Origin: Candidatus Cloacimonadales bacterium
Lineage (GTDB): Bacteria > Cloacimonadota > Cloacimonadia > Cloacimonadales > JAFGVF01
Reading direction: 5' to 3'
Assembly: GCA_963677495.2 (NCBI GenBank)
Contig: CAXXOU010000001.1
Span: 64,001-128,000, forward strand
DNA: 64,000 nt
Below the pieces are notes generated by a model, which made no database searches, was not told the DNA's origin, and saw only the letters and a program-made list of their open reading frames with translations. Shown piece after piece: positions 1 through 10,063 of this stretch. Position 1 is the first letter of the stretch. Every line of letters starts with the position of its first letter. The translations under genes were made by a program, and so were the position numbers.

Positions 1-1126
1 GAAGTATAGAAAGATGCCGAAATTAAACGATGACCTATCCATTCTTGGTTTGGGTTGTATGAGGCTACCAATGACTGAAGACAAGAAAATAGATGAAGAG
101 AAAGCTTTTGCAATGATGAAACACTCGATAGAATCAGGTATTAATTACTTCGATACAGCCTGGCCTTATCATCAGGGTGAAAGCGAACCTATTGTAGGGA
201 AGTTCCTGGCTCAAGGCTACCGTGACAAAGTGCTACTTGCAACTAAACTTCCATCCTGGTTAATAAATACTCGTGAAGAAATGGATGAATACTTAGATAA
301 GCAGCTTGAGAGACTACAAACTGATCATATCGACTACTATCTTGTGCATGCTCTTAACAAGAAGTATTGGGATAACCTTACTAAGTTGGGTCTCTTTGAT
401 TTCTTAGAGAAAGCGAAAGCTGCCGGAAAGATTAGAAATATTGGTTTCTCATTTCATGATAAGTATCCGATGTTTAGCAAGATTGTAAAAGCCTATGACT
501 GGGATTTCTGTCAGATACAGCTTAACTTCTTCGACACAACTTACCAAGCAGGTTTAAAAGGAATACGACTTGCTGCTTCCAAGGGAATTGGAGTGATAGT
601 AATGGAACCTCTGCGTGGAGGCAAACTTGTTAATAATGTACCTGATGATGTTACAAAACTATGGGATAAATCATCCTATGACTCTACACCTGCAGAAAGA
701 GCTCTACGCTGGTGTTGGAATCACGCGGAAGTACAAGTTGTACTTAGTGGTATGAGTAGCATGGAACAGCTTCAGCAGAATATCGAGACTACAGATATCT
801 GTGAAGAGAATGAACTTGCACCGAAAGAGATGAGATTATATCAAAAAGCCAGAAAGATATATATTGAGAGAATGGCTGTTGGTTGTACTTCATGTGGTTA
901 CTGCATGCCATGTCCTCATGGAGTAAACATTCCAACCTCACTCGGTCTATACAACAATGGTCATATGTTTGGTGACAAAGAGCAGGCCAAGAAGGAATAC
1001 AACTGGTTTGTTAAAGAGGAGAATCGAGCTGATAAATGTGTTAACTGTGGATTTTGCATCGAGAAATGTCCTCAGCAGATAGATATTCCTACTGAACTTG
1101 GGAAAGTAAAGAATTACTTTGAATAG
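1..1126 (+). CDS. Aldo/keto reductase family oxidoreductase with C-terminal 4Fe-4S dicluster domain; true start probably just left of the window
   Basis: LGLGCMRLP, GINYFDTAWPY and IGFSFHD AKR motifs; C-terminal CTSCGYCMPCP and CVNCGFCIEKCP. The frame is open upstream of the ATG at 14 (KYRK-M), which suggests MKYRKMPK. Confidence 0.9.
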   Translation, partial: KYRKMPKLNDDLSILGLGCMRLPMTEDKKIDEEKAFAMMKHSIESGINYFDTAWPYHQGESEPIVGKFLAQGYRDKVLLATKLPSWLINTREEMDEYLDKQLERLQTDHIDYYLVHALNKKYWDNLTKLGLFDFLEKAKAAGKIRNIGFSFHDKYPMFSKIVKAYDWDFCQIQLNFFDTTYQAGLKGIRLAASKGIGVIVMEPLRGGKLVNNVPDDVTKLWDKSSYDSTPAERALRWCWNHAEVQVVLSGMSSMEQLQQNIETTDICEENELAPKEMRLYQKARKIYIERMAVGCTSCGYCMPCPHGVNIPTSLGLYNNGHMFGDKEQAKKEYNWFVKEENRADKCVNCGFCIEKCPQQIDIPTELGKVKNYFE

Positions 1127-1133
1127 AATTTAA

Positions 1134-1157
1134 AAGGGCAGGTTAAATCCTGCCCTT
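1134..1157. terminator. Intrinsic terminator between convergent genes
   Basis: AAGGGCAGG-ttaaat-CCTGCCCTT inverted repeat. Confidence 0.7.
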
Positions 1158-1176
1158 ACTCAATTTCTTTAAATCA

Positions 1177-1734
1177 TCAATCCATACTCAACAACGAGTA
1201 TTGCAATACATCATAAAAGAACTTCTTATCCTCATGGAATCCACGTTTTCTAAGTAATCCTTCTTTCGTGAAGCCAAGTTTCTCAACTAAGGCAACTGAG
1301 GGAGTATTATCAGGAGAAATCAGGCATTGAACACGATGTAAACCCATCTGTTTAAAAGAGAAGTCAAGTACAGCTTTCATTGCTTCTGTCATAAAGCCTT
1401 TCTTCCAGAACTTACGATTTAAGTCATAACCAAGATCTGCGATTCCCTCTTTTATAAAGTCATGGAGAACCATTGTACCAATCAGGATGCCTGAATCCTT
1501 CTCCTCAATTCCCCATCTGATAGCGGACATACTGTCAAACTGGTTGTTGAAATAATCAATCAACATCTCAGCTGTCTCTTCACTCTCTGGTCCAGTCCAA
1601 TCGAGATACTCAGTCACATCATTATTCTCATATATTTCGAAGAAATCATCAGCATCATCATACTCCATTCGTCTGATTACAAGACGTTCTGTCTCCAGTT
1701 CAGGGAATGAGTTGAAAACATCTCTAAAGCCCAT
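1177..1734 (-). CDS. GNAT N-acetyltransferase, RimJ/RimL family
   Basis: FPELETERLVIR start; LGYDLNRKFWKKGFMTEA; N..S..LVEKLGF..EG motif. Confidence 0.9.
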   Translation of the reverse strand: MGFRDVFNSFPELETERLVIRRMEYDDADDFFEIYENNDVTEYLDWTGPESEETAEMLIDYFNNQFDSMSAIRWGIEEKDSGILIGTMVLHDFIKEGIADLGYDLNRKFWKKGFMTEAMKAVLDFSFKQMGLHRVQCLISPDNTPSVALVEKLGFTKEGLLRKRGFHEDKKFFYDVLQYSLLSMD

Positions 1735-1742
1735 AAACGCTC

Positions 1743-3002
1743 CTATTTATTAAAGTGCTCAAGTAATTCTGATTCAGTTAATGAATCTTGTGTACTCTCA
1801 TCTAAGTTTTTAAGTACATAAGCATTATTGTCAATTTCATTTTCACCAATAATTAACGCATACTTAGCATTAACTTTATTTGCTGTTTTCATCTGAGCCT
1901 TCATTGAAACTTTGATCGGATCATACTCAATCTTCACATCCAAAGCTCTCAGTTTCTGCATAAGTTCTGAGCCTTTTACCAAAGCTTTATCACCTAGGAT
2001 TACAGCATAAACATCAGGACCGGGTTCGTTACCCATAAAGAGCTCTTCCTGTTCAAGAGAAAGAATCAGTCGTTCGAAACCACCTGCAAAACCGATACCC
2101 GGTGATTCTTTGCCACCTATCTGTTGAACAAGACCATTGTAACGTCCACCACCCCCAACGGCATTCTGAGCACCAAGCTTATTATTAAGGAATTCAAAAG
2201 CTGTGTGAGTATAATAATCGAGTCCTCTAACAATACGTGGGTTGATTTTAAACTCAACATCCATCGCTTTCAGGTAAATCTGAACTGCTTCAAAGTGCTC
2301 TTTACATTCATCATCAAGATAATCTATCATCACAGGTGCTACAGCAGCAATCTCTTTACAAGTTGGGACTTTACAATCAAGCAAACGACGAGGGTTCTTT
2401 TCTAATCTAGCGATACAGTCACCACAAATTTCCTCTTTGTGAGGTTCATAAAAATCGCGAAGCGCTTTGTTATATCCCTCAGTCGAAGCTTTGTTTCCGA
2501 GTGAATTTATTTCTAGTACAATACCTTTTAAACCAAGTCTTTTCAAAAATGCATATTGCAGTGCAATCACTTCAGCATCAACATAGGGATGGTTTGAGCC
2601 AATAGCCTCTACCCCATATTGATAAAACTGACGATAACGACCTTTCTGTGGTCGATCATAACGGAACATAGGTCCCATGTAATATAATCTCTGGAGTCCG
2701 CCATTTGCCTGCATATTATTCTCTACATAGCTTCTGACAACCGGTGCAGTACCTTCAGGTCTAAGAGCAAACGTTCTTTGCTTGTTATCTTTGAACTTGT
2801 ACATCTCTTTCTGTATAATATCGGATGTATCACCGACACTTCTTTCAAACAGATCTGCTTTCTCAAAGATCGGTGTTACTATCTCTTTGTAACCAAATTC
2901 CATTGCAGTTTTAGCAAAAACATGTTTTATGTAGTTCCAAATATAGCTTTTTTCAGGTAGGATATCAAAAGTCCCTCGTGGGATAGTATATTTAACAGCC
3001 AT
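1743..3002 (-). CDS. hisS: Histidine--tRNA ligase
   Basis: PRGTFD, LRPEGTA, FRYDRPQKGRYRQF, VRGLDYY and GGGRY motifs. Confidence 0.98.
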   Translation of the reverse strand: MAVKYTIPRGTFDILPEKSYIWNYIKHVFAKTAMEFGYKEIVTPIFEKADLFERSVGDTSDIIQKEMYKFKDNKQRTFALRPEGTAPVVRSYVENNMQANGGLQRLYYMGPMFRYDRPQKGRYRQFYQYGVEAIGSNHPYVDAEVIALQYAFLKRLGLKGIVLEINSLGNKASTEGYNKALRDFYEPHKEEICGDCIARLEKNPRRLLDCKVPTCKEIAAVAPVMIDYLDDECKEHFEAVQIYLKAMDVEFKINPRIVRGLDYYTHTAFEFLNNKLGAQNAVGGGGRYNGLVQQIGGKESPGIGFAGGFERLILSLEQEELFMGNEPGPDVYAVILGDKALVKGSELMQKLRALDVKIEYDPIKVSMKAQMKTANKVNAKYALIIGENEIDNNAYVLKNLDESTQDSLTESELLEHFNK

Positions 3003-3097
3003 TAATTCTCCTTACGTTATCACGCTGTATTAATTGTCTCAAATCTTTAAGTATATTATCATTAGTCAAATGATTATTATCCTGATAATAAATAGAA

Positions 3098-3123
3098 AAG
3101 GGATTCTTGATCAAGAATCCCTT
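3098..3123. terminator. Perfect palindrome, likely terminator downstream of cutC
   Basis: AAGGGATTCTTGA|TCAAGAATCCCTT, with a T-run on the minus strand. Confidence 0.6.
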
Positions 3124-3147
3124 CAAAATTTTATACGTCATCTCAAT

Positions 3148-3780
3148 CTATAATAGTTTACCAACCAGTTTTCTTCCGTGATAATATGGTTGTTGTAATT
3201 TAGCATGAAGACGATTAACATTTCTATCTGTTATGTTTCCTGCAGGAATAATCTCAAGCACATAATCAGCAGCATCGTGCATCTTCTTCAGCATCTCCAA
3301 ACCGGCATCTGCTGTTGCTTCACCACCGGAGGTTAATATGTATTTAACTTGTGAGTATTTCTTCAAAGTTTCCACTGACTGGAGAATGTCATAAGTTTTA
3401 TCAATAGCTTTATGGAAAGTAACAGGAATATCACCGGTAGCTTTAAGGAGTTTCTTAAGAGCAGTCTCGTTGATAGTATCATCTTTCTTAAGAACTCCAA
3501 GTACAAAGCCGGCAACCTTAAGCTCTTTGAACTTCTCAATTGATGCACACATCTCATCAATCTCTGCTTTAGAATAAACAAAGTTACCTTCGCGAGGTCT
3601 AATCATGACCTTTACAGGTATATCAATAGCATTTACAACTATCCGTACCATCTCTATCGGTGGAGTCAAACCATCTTTATCAAGATGCGAGCAAAGCTCT
3701 AATCTATCAGCCTGTAGTTCCCAGGCGTAAAGGGCTTCTGAGAATGACTCTACACAAACTTCTTTCCTAAAATTATTCAT
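3148..3780 (-). CDS. cutC: Copper homeostasis protein CutC family (start revised to MNNFRKEVC)
   Basis: EVCVES, ADRLELC, GLTP, VMIRPREGNFVY, TFHKAID and ILTSGG motifs; GGAG RBS before the ATG at 3780. Confidence 0.9.
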   Translation of the reverse strand: MNNFRKEVCVESFSEALYAWELQADRLELCSHLDKDGLTPPIEMVRIVVNAIDIPVKVMIRPREGNFVYSKAEIDEMCASIEKFKELKVAGFVLGVLKKDDTINETALKKLLKATGDIPVTFHKAIDKTYDILQSVETLKKYSQVKYILTSGGEATADAGLEMLKKMHDAADYVLEIIPAGNITDRNVNRLHAKLQQPYYHGRKLVGKLL

Positions 3781-4093
3781 ACTTTCTCCAAACTTTGTTA
3801 ATCGCAAGTTTGATTCTAAGGAAATATCGTCAATAAAAAAGAATTGTCCAGAGTATGAATACTGATTTCCACTACATGTTTGCAATCATACGTCTGGCTC
3901 GTTCACGTATATACTACATCTTGTTTCGATACAAAGACTCCGCATACTCTTTAAAATGAAATTTATCTAGAAAAACCAAAACTTATTCTTAACAGTTTAA
4001 TCACTTCTTTTCTAACCTTTATTCATAAAGTTTTTTTCCAGCTTCATTGCTTTCTCCCAATGATAATTAACTTAGAATTTCTACATCATCTAA

Positions 4094-4150
4094 ATCCAAT
4101 CTACATCCCATCTGTTGTAACGGGGAGCTAACGAGAAGCTAACGGGAACT
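4094..4150 (+). repeat. Intergenic element with 3 x 11-bp tandem repeat (TAACGGGRAGC-like); second copy near 35201
   Basis: CCCATCTGTTG followed by taacggggagc/taacgagaagc/taacgggaact. Confidence 0.8.
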
Positions 4151-4311
4151 CCATGGGGGTCAATCTGGAAATGTGATAGAGCGATGAATGTTTTATTGAT
4201 AATACTAAGCTTGACTCATTAAATTTAAAGCTTGCATAAAAAATGTATTATTACTAAACTATCACAATAGATTAGCTAATTGTTCACCTGTAAAGAAGCG
4301 AGGAGGTTGGA

Positions 4312-4974
4312 ATGAACAGTAATTATGACGTCAGTATTGAAGCAAATTTCGATATCTATTTTGATAATCTTATTAAAGGCAATAGAAGAAACTGCTTAGA
4401 GATAGTGAAAGAACTTAAAACTATTGATGTATCTATTGAAGAGCTATACGAGCATTTGTTCAAACGAGCTCTATATAAAGTTGGAGATTTATGGGAAAAC
4501 AATGTTATATCAGTAGCAAAAGAACATATGGCTACAGCTATTACTGAAGGTATCATGAACACAATCTATGCTGATCTGGATCCCAGATATGAATCTAAAG
4601 GAGTTGTAATTGTTACTACAACCACGGGGGAAAAGCATCAAGTTGGTGCAAAAATGGTTGCTGATATCTTCGAATTGTTTGGTTGGGAATGCTACTTTCT
4701 TGGGGCAGAAACTCCGGTATCTGAACTGATCAAACTTGCTAAAGAGGTGAAACCTGATATTATTGCGATCTCCCTAACTGTTTACACGCATCTGCATGAT
4801 CTATATGCAATGATTCGTGAAATAAAGATTGAGATGTTAGATGTAGAGTTTCTAATTGGTGGTCAGGCATTCAATAAGGGAAGCAGCAGGATTGAGTCTG
4901 ATTTCACAAACTTAAAGCTTGTAAGTAATATTATTGATTTGGAACAATTTCTTGTAGAGAGGAGTGAACGATGA
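4312..4974 (+). CDS. Stand-alone cobalamin-binding protein (four-helix cap plus Rossmann B12-binding domain)
   Basis: W-x9-EH (WENNVISVAKEH) and ExHxxG (GEKHQVG) motifs; LGAETP; IGGQAF. Confidence 0.88.
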   Translation: MNSNYDVSIEANFDIYFDNLIKGNRRNCLEIVKELKTIDVSIEELYEHLFKRALYKVGDLWENNVISVAKEHMATAITEGIMNTIYADLDPRYESKGVVIVTTTTGEKHQVGAKMVADIFELFGWECYFLGAETPVSELIKLAKEVKPDIIAISLTVYTHLHDLYAMIREIKIEMLDVEFLIGGQAFNKGSSRIESDFTNLKLVSNIIDLEQFLVERSER

Positions 4975-5357
4975 GTAAAGATATAAATAAAGCTTCTGAT
5001 ACAACTATCCTAGAGATGGAAAAGGCTAAGCAAGAGGCAGTAATAGCATTAAATAACTATTTCATTGAAACAGTTGACTCGAGCGTATATGGTGATGATG
5101 AAGTAACACTAAAGAATAATCATAACAATCATTTTGATTTTGTGGTCTCATTTCTAGAAAATCCTGATATGGAAGTACTTTCTGAAACAGTTGGTTGGGT
5201 TGTGAAATCATATGAAGCTCATGGATTTCTGAAAGAGTATTTTTTAAGAGCTATACCTAAATGGAAAAAAGAACTGAAGAGACTTCTGTCCGATAAGGCC
5301 TATACTGAAGTTGCTCCACTATATGACTGGTTTACAAAGTATTTCGAGAATGAGTAA
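4971..5357 (+). CDS. Small helical, probably globin/phycocyanin-like protein coupled to the B12-binding gene
   Basis: ATGA overlap with the upstream gene; NHFDFV..FL and GWVVKSYEAHGF resemble globin-like domains found with B12-binding proteins (recognised by eye). Confidence 0.55.
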   Translation: MSKDINKASDTTILEMEKAKQEAVIALNNYFIETVDSSVYGDDEVTLKNNHNNHFDFVVSFLENPDMEVLSETVGWVVKSYEAHGFLKEYFLRAIPKWKKELKRLLSDKAYTEVAPLYDWFTKYFENE

Positions 5358-5360
5358 GAA

Positions 5361-6473
5361 TTGATGCCTACAAACCTTCTAGCAGATATCTTGATGAGTA
5401 GTAAATCACATTGTGTTGCGGTTTACTATATCGAATCCGGTAAATTCAAACTAAACAAGGGGTTTAGTAATCTGATTGGAAAAACACTACTTTCTGAAGC
5501 AGTTATGAACCCCAAATGGGACAAAGTGCTTAGTTTTCCTAGCTCAACAGAAGATTATGTGTTTAACGGTATAATAACTGCCGGTGTCAATGAGAATAGT
5601 GCCCAGAGCTTGAATGGGAAGATTTTCAAGAATGAAGATTTTATTGTTATATCACTTGAATATCAGGTAGATGAGTTAGTTAGTTTTACTGCCAAAGTCA
5701 GTGATTTCAACAGAGAGATTATGAACTTACAACGCGATTTGATTAAGGAAAAGAAGCAGCTCAAGCAAACACTAAAGAAGTTAAAAATTGCGAATGAACA
5801 GAAGAATGAACTTCTTGGAATCGCAGCACATGACTTACGTAACCCTATTGGAGCAATAAAATCATTTAGTGATTTACTGCTATATGATGATTTAGATGTG
5901 AATCAGATGGAGATTATCCAAATGATAAACAAATCCAGTGATTATATGTTGTACTTAATAACAAATCTACTTGATATGAGTGCTTTTGAGGCTGGAAAAC
6001 TGAATATCAAGATGTCTGAGCATTCATATAATGATGTTATTAAGGAGATTATATCTATTAATCATCATTACGCAACGAGTAAGGATATAACTCTGAATAT
6101 GCAGTATCTTGCTACACACGATATTTTCAATTTTGATAACAATAAAATAATGCAGGTTCTAAATAACTTAGTAGGAAATGCGATTAAATACTCCCCTCCC
6201 AAGACACATGTGGAAGTAATTGTCACAGATCAGGGAGACTTCATTAAAACAGAGATTAAAGACCAAGGTGTTGGTATTAAAGAGGAAGAACTTTCATTGC
6301 TTTTTAAAGCATTTTCCAGAACATCTTCAACCCCAACAGGAGATGAGACAAGTACCGGGCTGGGACTAGCTATTACGAAGAAAATAGTAGATGGTCATAA
6401 TGGAGAAGTAGGAGTCGAAAGCATAGTTGGTGTCGGATCAGATTTCTGGTTTACAATCCCAATATCGATTTAA
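5361..6473 (+). CDS. Cytoplasmic sensor histidine kinase (HisKA + HATPase_c)
   Basis: H-box AAHDLRNP, N-box NLVGNAIKYS, DQGVGI, GLGLAI; coiled-coil linker; no obvious transmembrane segment. Confidence 0.93.
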   Translation: MMPTNLLADILMSSKSHCVAVYYIESGKFKLNKGFSNLIGKTLLSEAVMNPKWDKVLSFPSSTEDYVFNGIITAGVNENSAQSLNGKIFKNEDFIVISLEYQVDELVSFTAKVSDFNREIMNLQRDLIKEKKQLKQTLKKLKIANEQKNELLGIAAHDLRNPIGAIKSFSDLLLYDDLDVNQMEIIQMINKSSDYMLYLITNLLDMSAFEAGKLNIKMSEHSYNDVIKEIISINHHYATSKDITLNMQYLATHDIFNFDNNKIMQVLNNLVGNAIKYSPPKTHVEVIVTDQGDFIKTEIKDQGVGIKEEELSLLFKAFSRTSSTPTGDETSTGLGLAITKKIVDGHNGEVGVESIVGVGSDFWFTIPISI

Positions 6474-6788
6474 ACTAATTATATTAAAATAAGGCCACTG
6501 AAACAATCAGGGGCTTTTTTGTAATATCCTGTTACATAACCTATATAAAAGTAACAGCACATGCTTCTCTTGCCACAACTGTTTAACCTGCTTTGCTTTA
6601 GCATCAGAAGCATATTCTCTGAAAGATCTTTTCGTAACGCTATGTTACAATCTGAATCTTGGTTCAGATGAACTCTACATCATTGATCTACATAGAGATA
6701 CGCCAATTATTAAAAAGTGGTTCCAATCTGGCATTAGTAAAAGCCAGATATGGAATGATATATAATTGTCATACCGGAAGGAGTAAAA

Positions 6789-8861
6789 ATGAGAATAGGA
6801 CTAATATTCGTATTTTGTTTTGTTATAGCATTACTATCTGGTTTACAGATTAATGGGGACATTAATCAATCCAGTACTTGGTCAGAGGATGTTTATATAA
6901 ATAGTGATGTACTGATTTCAGGGACTGCGGTCATCACTATAGATCCGGGAGTGAATGTAATTTTTACAGGTGGGTATCATATAGAGATAAATGATGAGGT
7001 ACGGATTCTGGCTGGTGGCGAGGGGGCTCCAGTCAGATTCACTGCCGATTGGGACAATGATAATGTGTTCGGAGAAGAGGGTCTGGACAATGAACATTGG
7101 CAAGGATTACGTGTCCAGTATATGGATAATGCAGCAGATTCATCACATTTTGAGAACTGTATATTCGAATATAGTCACAAAGATGGAAGTGAAAACGGAT
7201 ACTCGAACAGGTATGGTGGAGCTATCTTTATAGACCATCATAACAAAGTTGAGTTTAAGAACTGTGAGTTCAGAAATAATTCAATAGAAGGGCCTAGTCA
7301 AGCAAAAGGTGGAGCTGTATATCTGATTTGGTCATCCCCGATCTTTAAAGATTGTTACTTCAATAACAACTCAACTAATGTAACAAATCCATTCCAAGCG
7401 AATGGTGGAGCTGTTTATGGAGAAAGGGCATATTTCGATATGATAAACTGCAGATTTACTAATAATCTTGCTGAAGATGAGGGTGGCGCATTATATCTAA
7501 AACAATCAGATTGGGCTACATTCAACAACGTTATATTAGATAGCAATAATGCTAATGAGGGTGGAGCTGTTTACCTTTATGACGCAGATGTAATAATGGT
7601 GAACTGTACAATTACTGGCAATACAAGTGTTTATGCTGGGGCAATATATAACAAATATAGTGATCCGATGATTGGTAATACAATAATTTGGGGGAACACA
7701 GCAAGTTTTCGAGGTGACCAAATTTATAATGAAATGAGCGAACCTGAGTTTAATAGTTGTTTGGTTGAAGGCAATGATAGTGCTTTTTATAATGATGATA
7801 GTGACGGTTATGTGTATGATGCAGGCTGTATTGATGTTGACCCACAATTTGATAACTCAAACCCTAATACTCCATATATGCTCAGTGTAGATTCACCGGC
7901 TATTGACAGTGGAGCAGACCTATGGTATGCCTACTTATGTGACTATGATTATCTACACAATGCAAGAGTTGTAAATGGTGCTGTGGATATGGGTGTATAT
8001 GAGATTCGGGGAAGTGTAGCCCTACAGCAGACAGTCATGCATTTTGGCGATGTTGTAGTGGATGAACCGGAGACATTGGGATGCTACTTAATTAATGATG
8101 GAAATAATGTAGTTGTAATAAATAGTTTTAGCTCTGATAATGATGTATTTACTACACTTAACAATGATATAGAGATACCTGCTGAGGATAGTATTTTTGT
8201 TGAAGTATCTTTTAATCCTGAAGGGATGAATTCTTATGTTGGAGAACTAACCATCAGTACAGATGCAGGTGACTTCCGTATAACAATGGATGGAGCAGGA
8301 TTGCAAAGAATCATTCAAAACAGCATGGGAATGGTAAATTTTAACTGCCTACTCGGTGAAGAGCGAGTAATTGATCTCAGAATCTCAAATGATGGTAATA
8401 CACCACTAGAGATAACTGAAATGAACATTAACAGTCCCAACTTCACAATCATGGATAACTTACCAATAACAATAGACGCAGGTGGTTTTGTAGAGGTGAA
8501 TTGCCTTTACATACCACAGAATCTTGGTAATGAGCAAGTAACAGTCACAGTTGTTTCCAATGCTCATAATCATCCAAGCTTTGATATGAATATTTCAGGA
8601 ATAGGCGATAAACTTCTTACTCCTGGGAACGTGACAATAACAACCAATGAAGATGTAATTGAGCTAAACTGGGATGAAGTTGAATTTACACAGTACGGAT
8701 ATTCAATAGATAACATCACATATCTGATTGATATCAGTGCAACCCCATCATTCGACCAATACGAACGAATAAATAGTAATAATAACTCTCACCAATACAT
8801 CCCCGGGGTAGATGTAAAAAAAGCTTGGTTCCGAGTAATAGCTCAACACATTAGTAATTAA
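6789..8861 (+). CDS. Secreted right-handed beta-helix (Pmp-like GGAI/GGAV repeats) protein with C-terminal Ig-like domains
   Basis: Signal peptide; repeated GGA[IVL][FY] with FxNN; SPAIDSG...VDMGVYE; two N.G...L.I Ig-like repeats. Confidence 0.8.
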   Translation: MRIGLIFVFCFVIALLSGLQINGDINQSSTWSEDVYINSDVLISGTAVITIDPGVNVIFTGGYHIEINDEVRILAGGEGAPVRFTADWDNDNVFGEEGLDNEHWQGLRVQYMDNAADSSHFENCIFEYSHKDGSENGYSNRYGGAIFIDHHNKVEFKNCEFRNNSIEGPSQAKGGAVYLIWSSPIFKDCYFNNNSTNVTNPFQANGGAVYGERAYFDMINCRFTNNLAEDEGGALYLKQSDWATFNNVILDSNNANEGGAVYLYDADVIMVNCTITGNTSVYAGAIYNKYSDPMIGNTIIWGNTASFRGDQIYNEMSEPEFNSCLVEGNDSAFYNDDSDGYVYDAGCIDVDPQFDNSNPNTPYMLSVDSPAIDSGADLWYAYLCDYDYLHNARVVNGAVDMGVYEIRGSVALQQTVMHFGDVVVDEPETLGCYLINDGNNVVVINSFSSDNDVFTTLNNDIEIPAEDSIFVEVSFNPEGMNSYVGELTISTDAGDFRITMDGAGLQRIIQNSMGMVNFNCLLGEERVIDLRISNDGNTPLEITEMNINSPNFTIMDNLPITIDAGGFVEVNCLYIPQNLGNEQVTVTVVSNAHNHPSFDMNISGIGDKLLTPGNVTITTNEDVIELNWDEVEFTQYGYSIDNITYLIDISATPSFDQYERINSNNNSHQYIPGVDVKKAWFRVIAQHISN

Positions 8862-8873
8862 TTCTCAAACCAA

Positions 8874-8903
8874 AAAAGGGGTAGCGAAGTTGCTACCCCT
8901 TTT
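8874..8903. terminator. Bidirectional intrinsic terminator
   Basis: AAAAGGGGTAGC-gaagtt-GCTACCCCTTTT between convergent genes. Confidence 0.85.
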
Positions 8904-8914
8904 AAAATATGAAA

Positions 8915-10063
8915 CTATTTCAGCAAGCTATCGTAAAGCCTTTCAATATCTTTTACCAACCGTTCAGATGAAAACATCTCATAAGCTCTTTTAGAAGCTC
9001 TCTCTCCAATTTCAGCGTATGTAGATCCATTGTTAAGCCAATTCATAATTGCATCAACAAAACCGGACACGTCACCTTGATTGAAATAGAATCCATTCTT
9101 ACCGTTCTCAACAAAGTCTGAGACTCCTCCAACGTTAGTAGAAAACACTATCTTTTGCTTAGACATAGCTTCAATCAAAGCAACCGGTGTACCTTCATTA
9201 ATTGATGTCAAGATAACTGCATCAGTTGCAGAATAAACTAATCCCATATCTTGTACCATACCGGTAAAAATGATTCTTTCATTATTACTAATCTTTGAAG
9301 CCTTTGATTTAATCTCATCGAGAAGGTCACCATTGCCTACTACCATGAAGTAAACATTATCATCTAGTTTTAAGACTTGCTCAGCAATCTTTAAGAACAG
9401 AGCATGATTCTTGATGTGAGTAACACGACCTATTATTGAAACTACTTTTGCAGAATCGGGAATATTGTACTGCTCTCTAAGTAGTTTAGCTTTGTTAGTA
9501 TTTGTCTGAATTCTTTCAAAGTCAAATCCCAAAGGTATTACGTCTATCTTCTCAGTCGGAGCTATTGAATAATTGACTAGTTCCTCTTTTTGCAGATGAC
9601 TGATTGCAATAATTCTATCAGATAATCTTGCAAAAAATCTATCAATTGCTTTAAAAACACTTGTCTTAGTTTTTGAGAAGTAACCGTTAAAGATATTACC
9701 ATGATATGTGTGTACAATTATTGGTACTCTGCAAAACCAAGCAGCAATACGTCCAAGAATAGCCGCTTTAGATAGGTGAGTATGTACGATATCAGGTTTT
9801 TCTTTACGAATGAGTTTTATGAGTTCCATTAAGGCTTTGAAGTCATGTGTTAAAGAGATTTCCCTGCTCATATGTTCAATATCGATAGGCTCAACCCCAT
9901 AATTAGTTGCAACATATGACATGTCAGATTCATGAGGTTCTATTTGTCCAACAGCTAGCATTGTACTGAACCTTTCTTTATCTAACTTAGCAGAAAGCAG
10001 TGAAACATGAATTGTTGGGCCACCGACACATAGTCTTGTAGCTATACGTAGTACTTTGTACAT
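8915..10063 (-). CDS. Glycosyltransferase family 4
   Basis: PDIVHTHLSKA, HTYHG and SINEGTPVALIEAM motifs. Confidence 0.93.
   Translation of the reverse strand: MYKVLRIATRLCVGGPTIHVSLLSAKLDKERFSTMLAVGQIEPHESDMSYVATNYGVEPIDIEHMSREISLTHDFKALMELIKLIRKEKPDIVHTHLSKAAILGRIAAWFCRVPIIVHTYHGNIFNGYFSKTKTSVFKAIDRFFARLSDRIIAISHLQKEELVNYSIAPTEKIDVIPLGFDFERIQTNTNKAKLLREQYNIPDSAKVVSIIGRVTHIKNHALFLKIAEQVLKLDDNVYFMVVGNGDLLDEIKSKASKISNNERIIFTGMVQDMGLVYSATDAVILTSINEGTPVALIEAMSKQKIVFSTNVGGVSDFVENGKNGFYFNQGDVSGFVDAIMNWLNNGSTYAEIGERASKRAYEMFSSERLVKDIERLYDSLLK

Noticed and set aside
3869..3925. Tandem NrdR-box-like motifs (ACTACAT spaced 42 bp apart)
   Set aside because: Poor match of the first site, and no ribonucleotide reductase gene adjacent.
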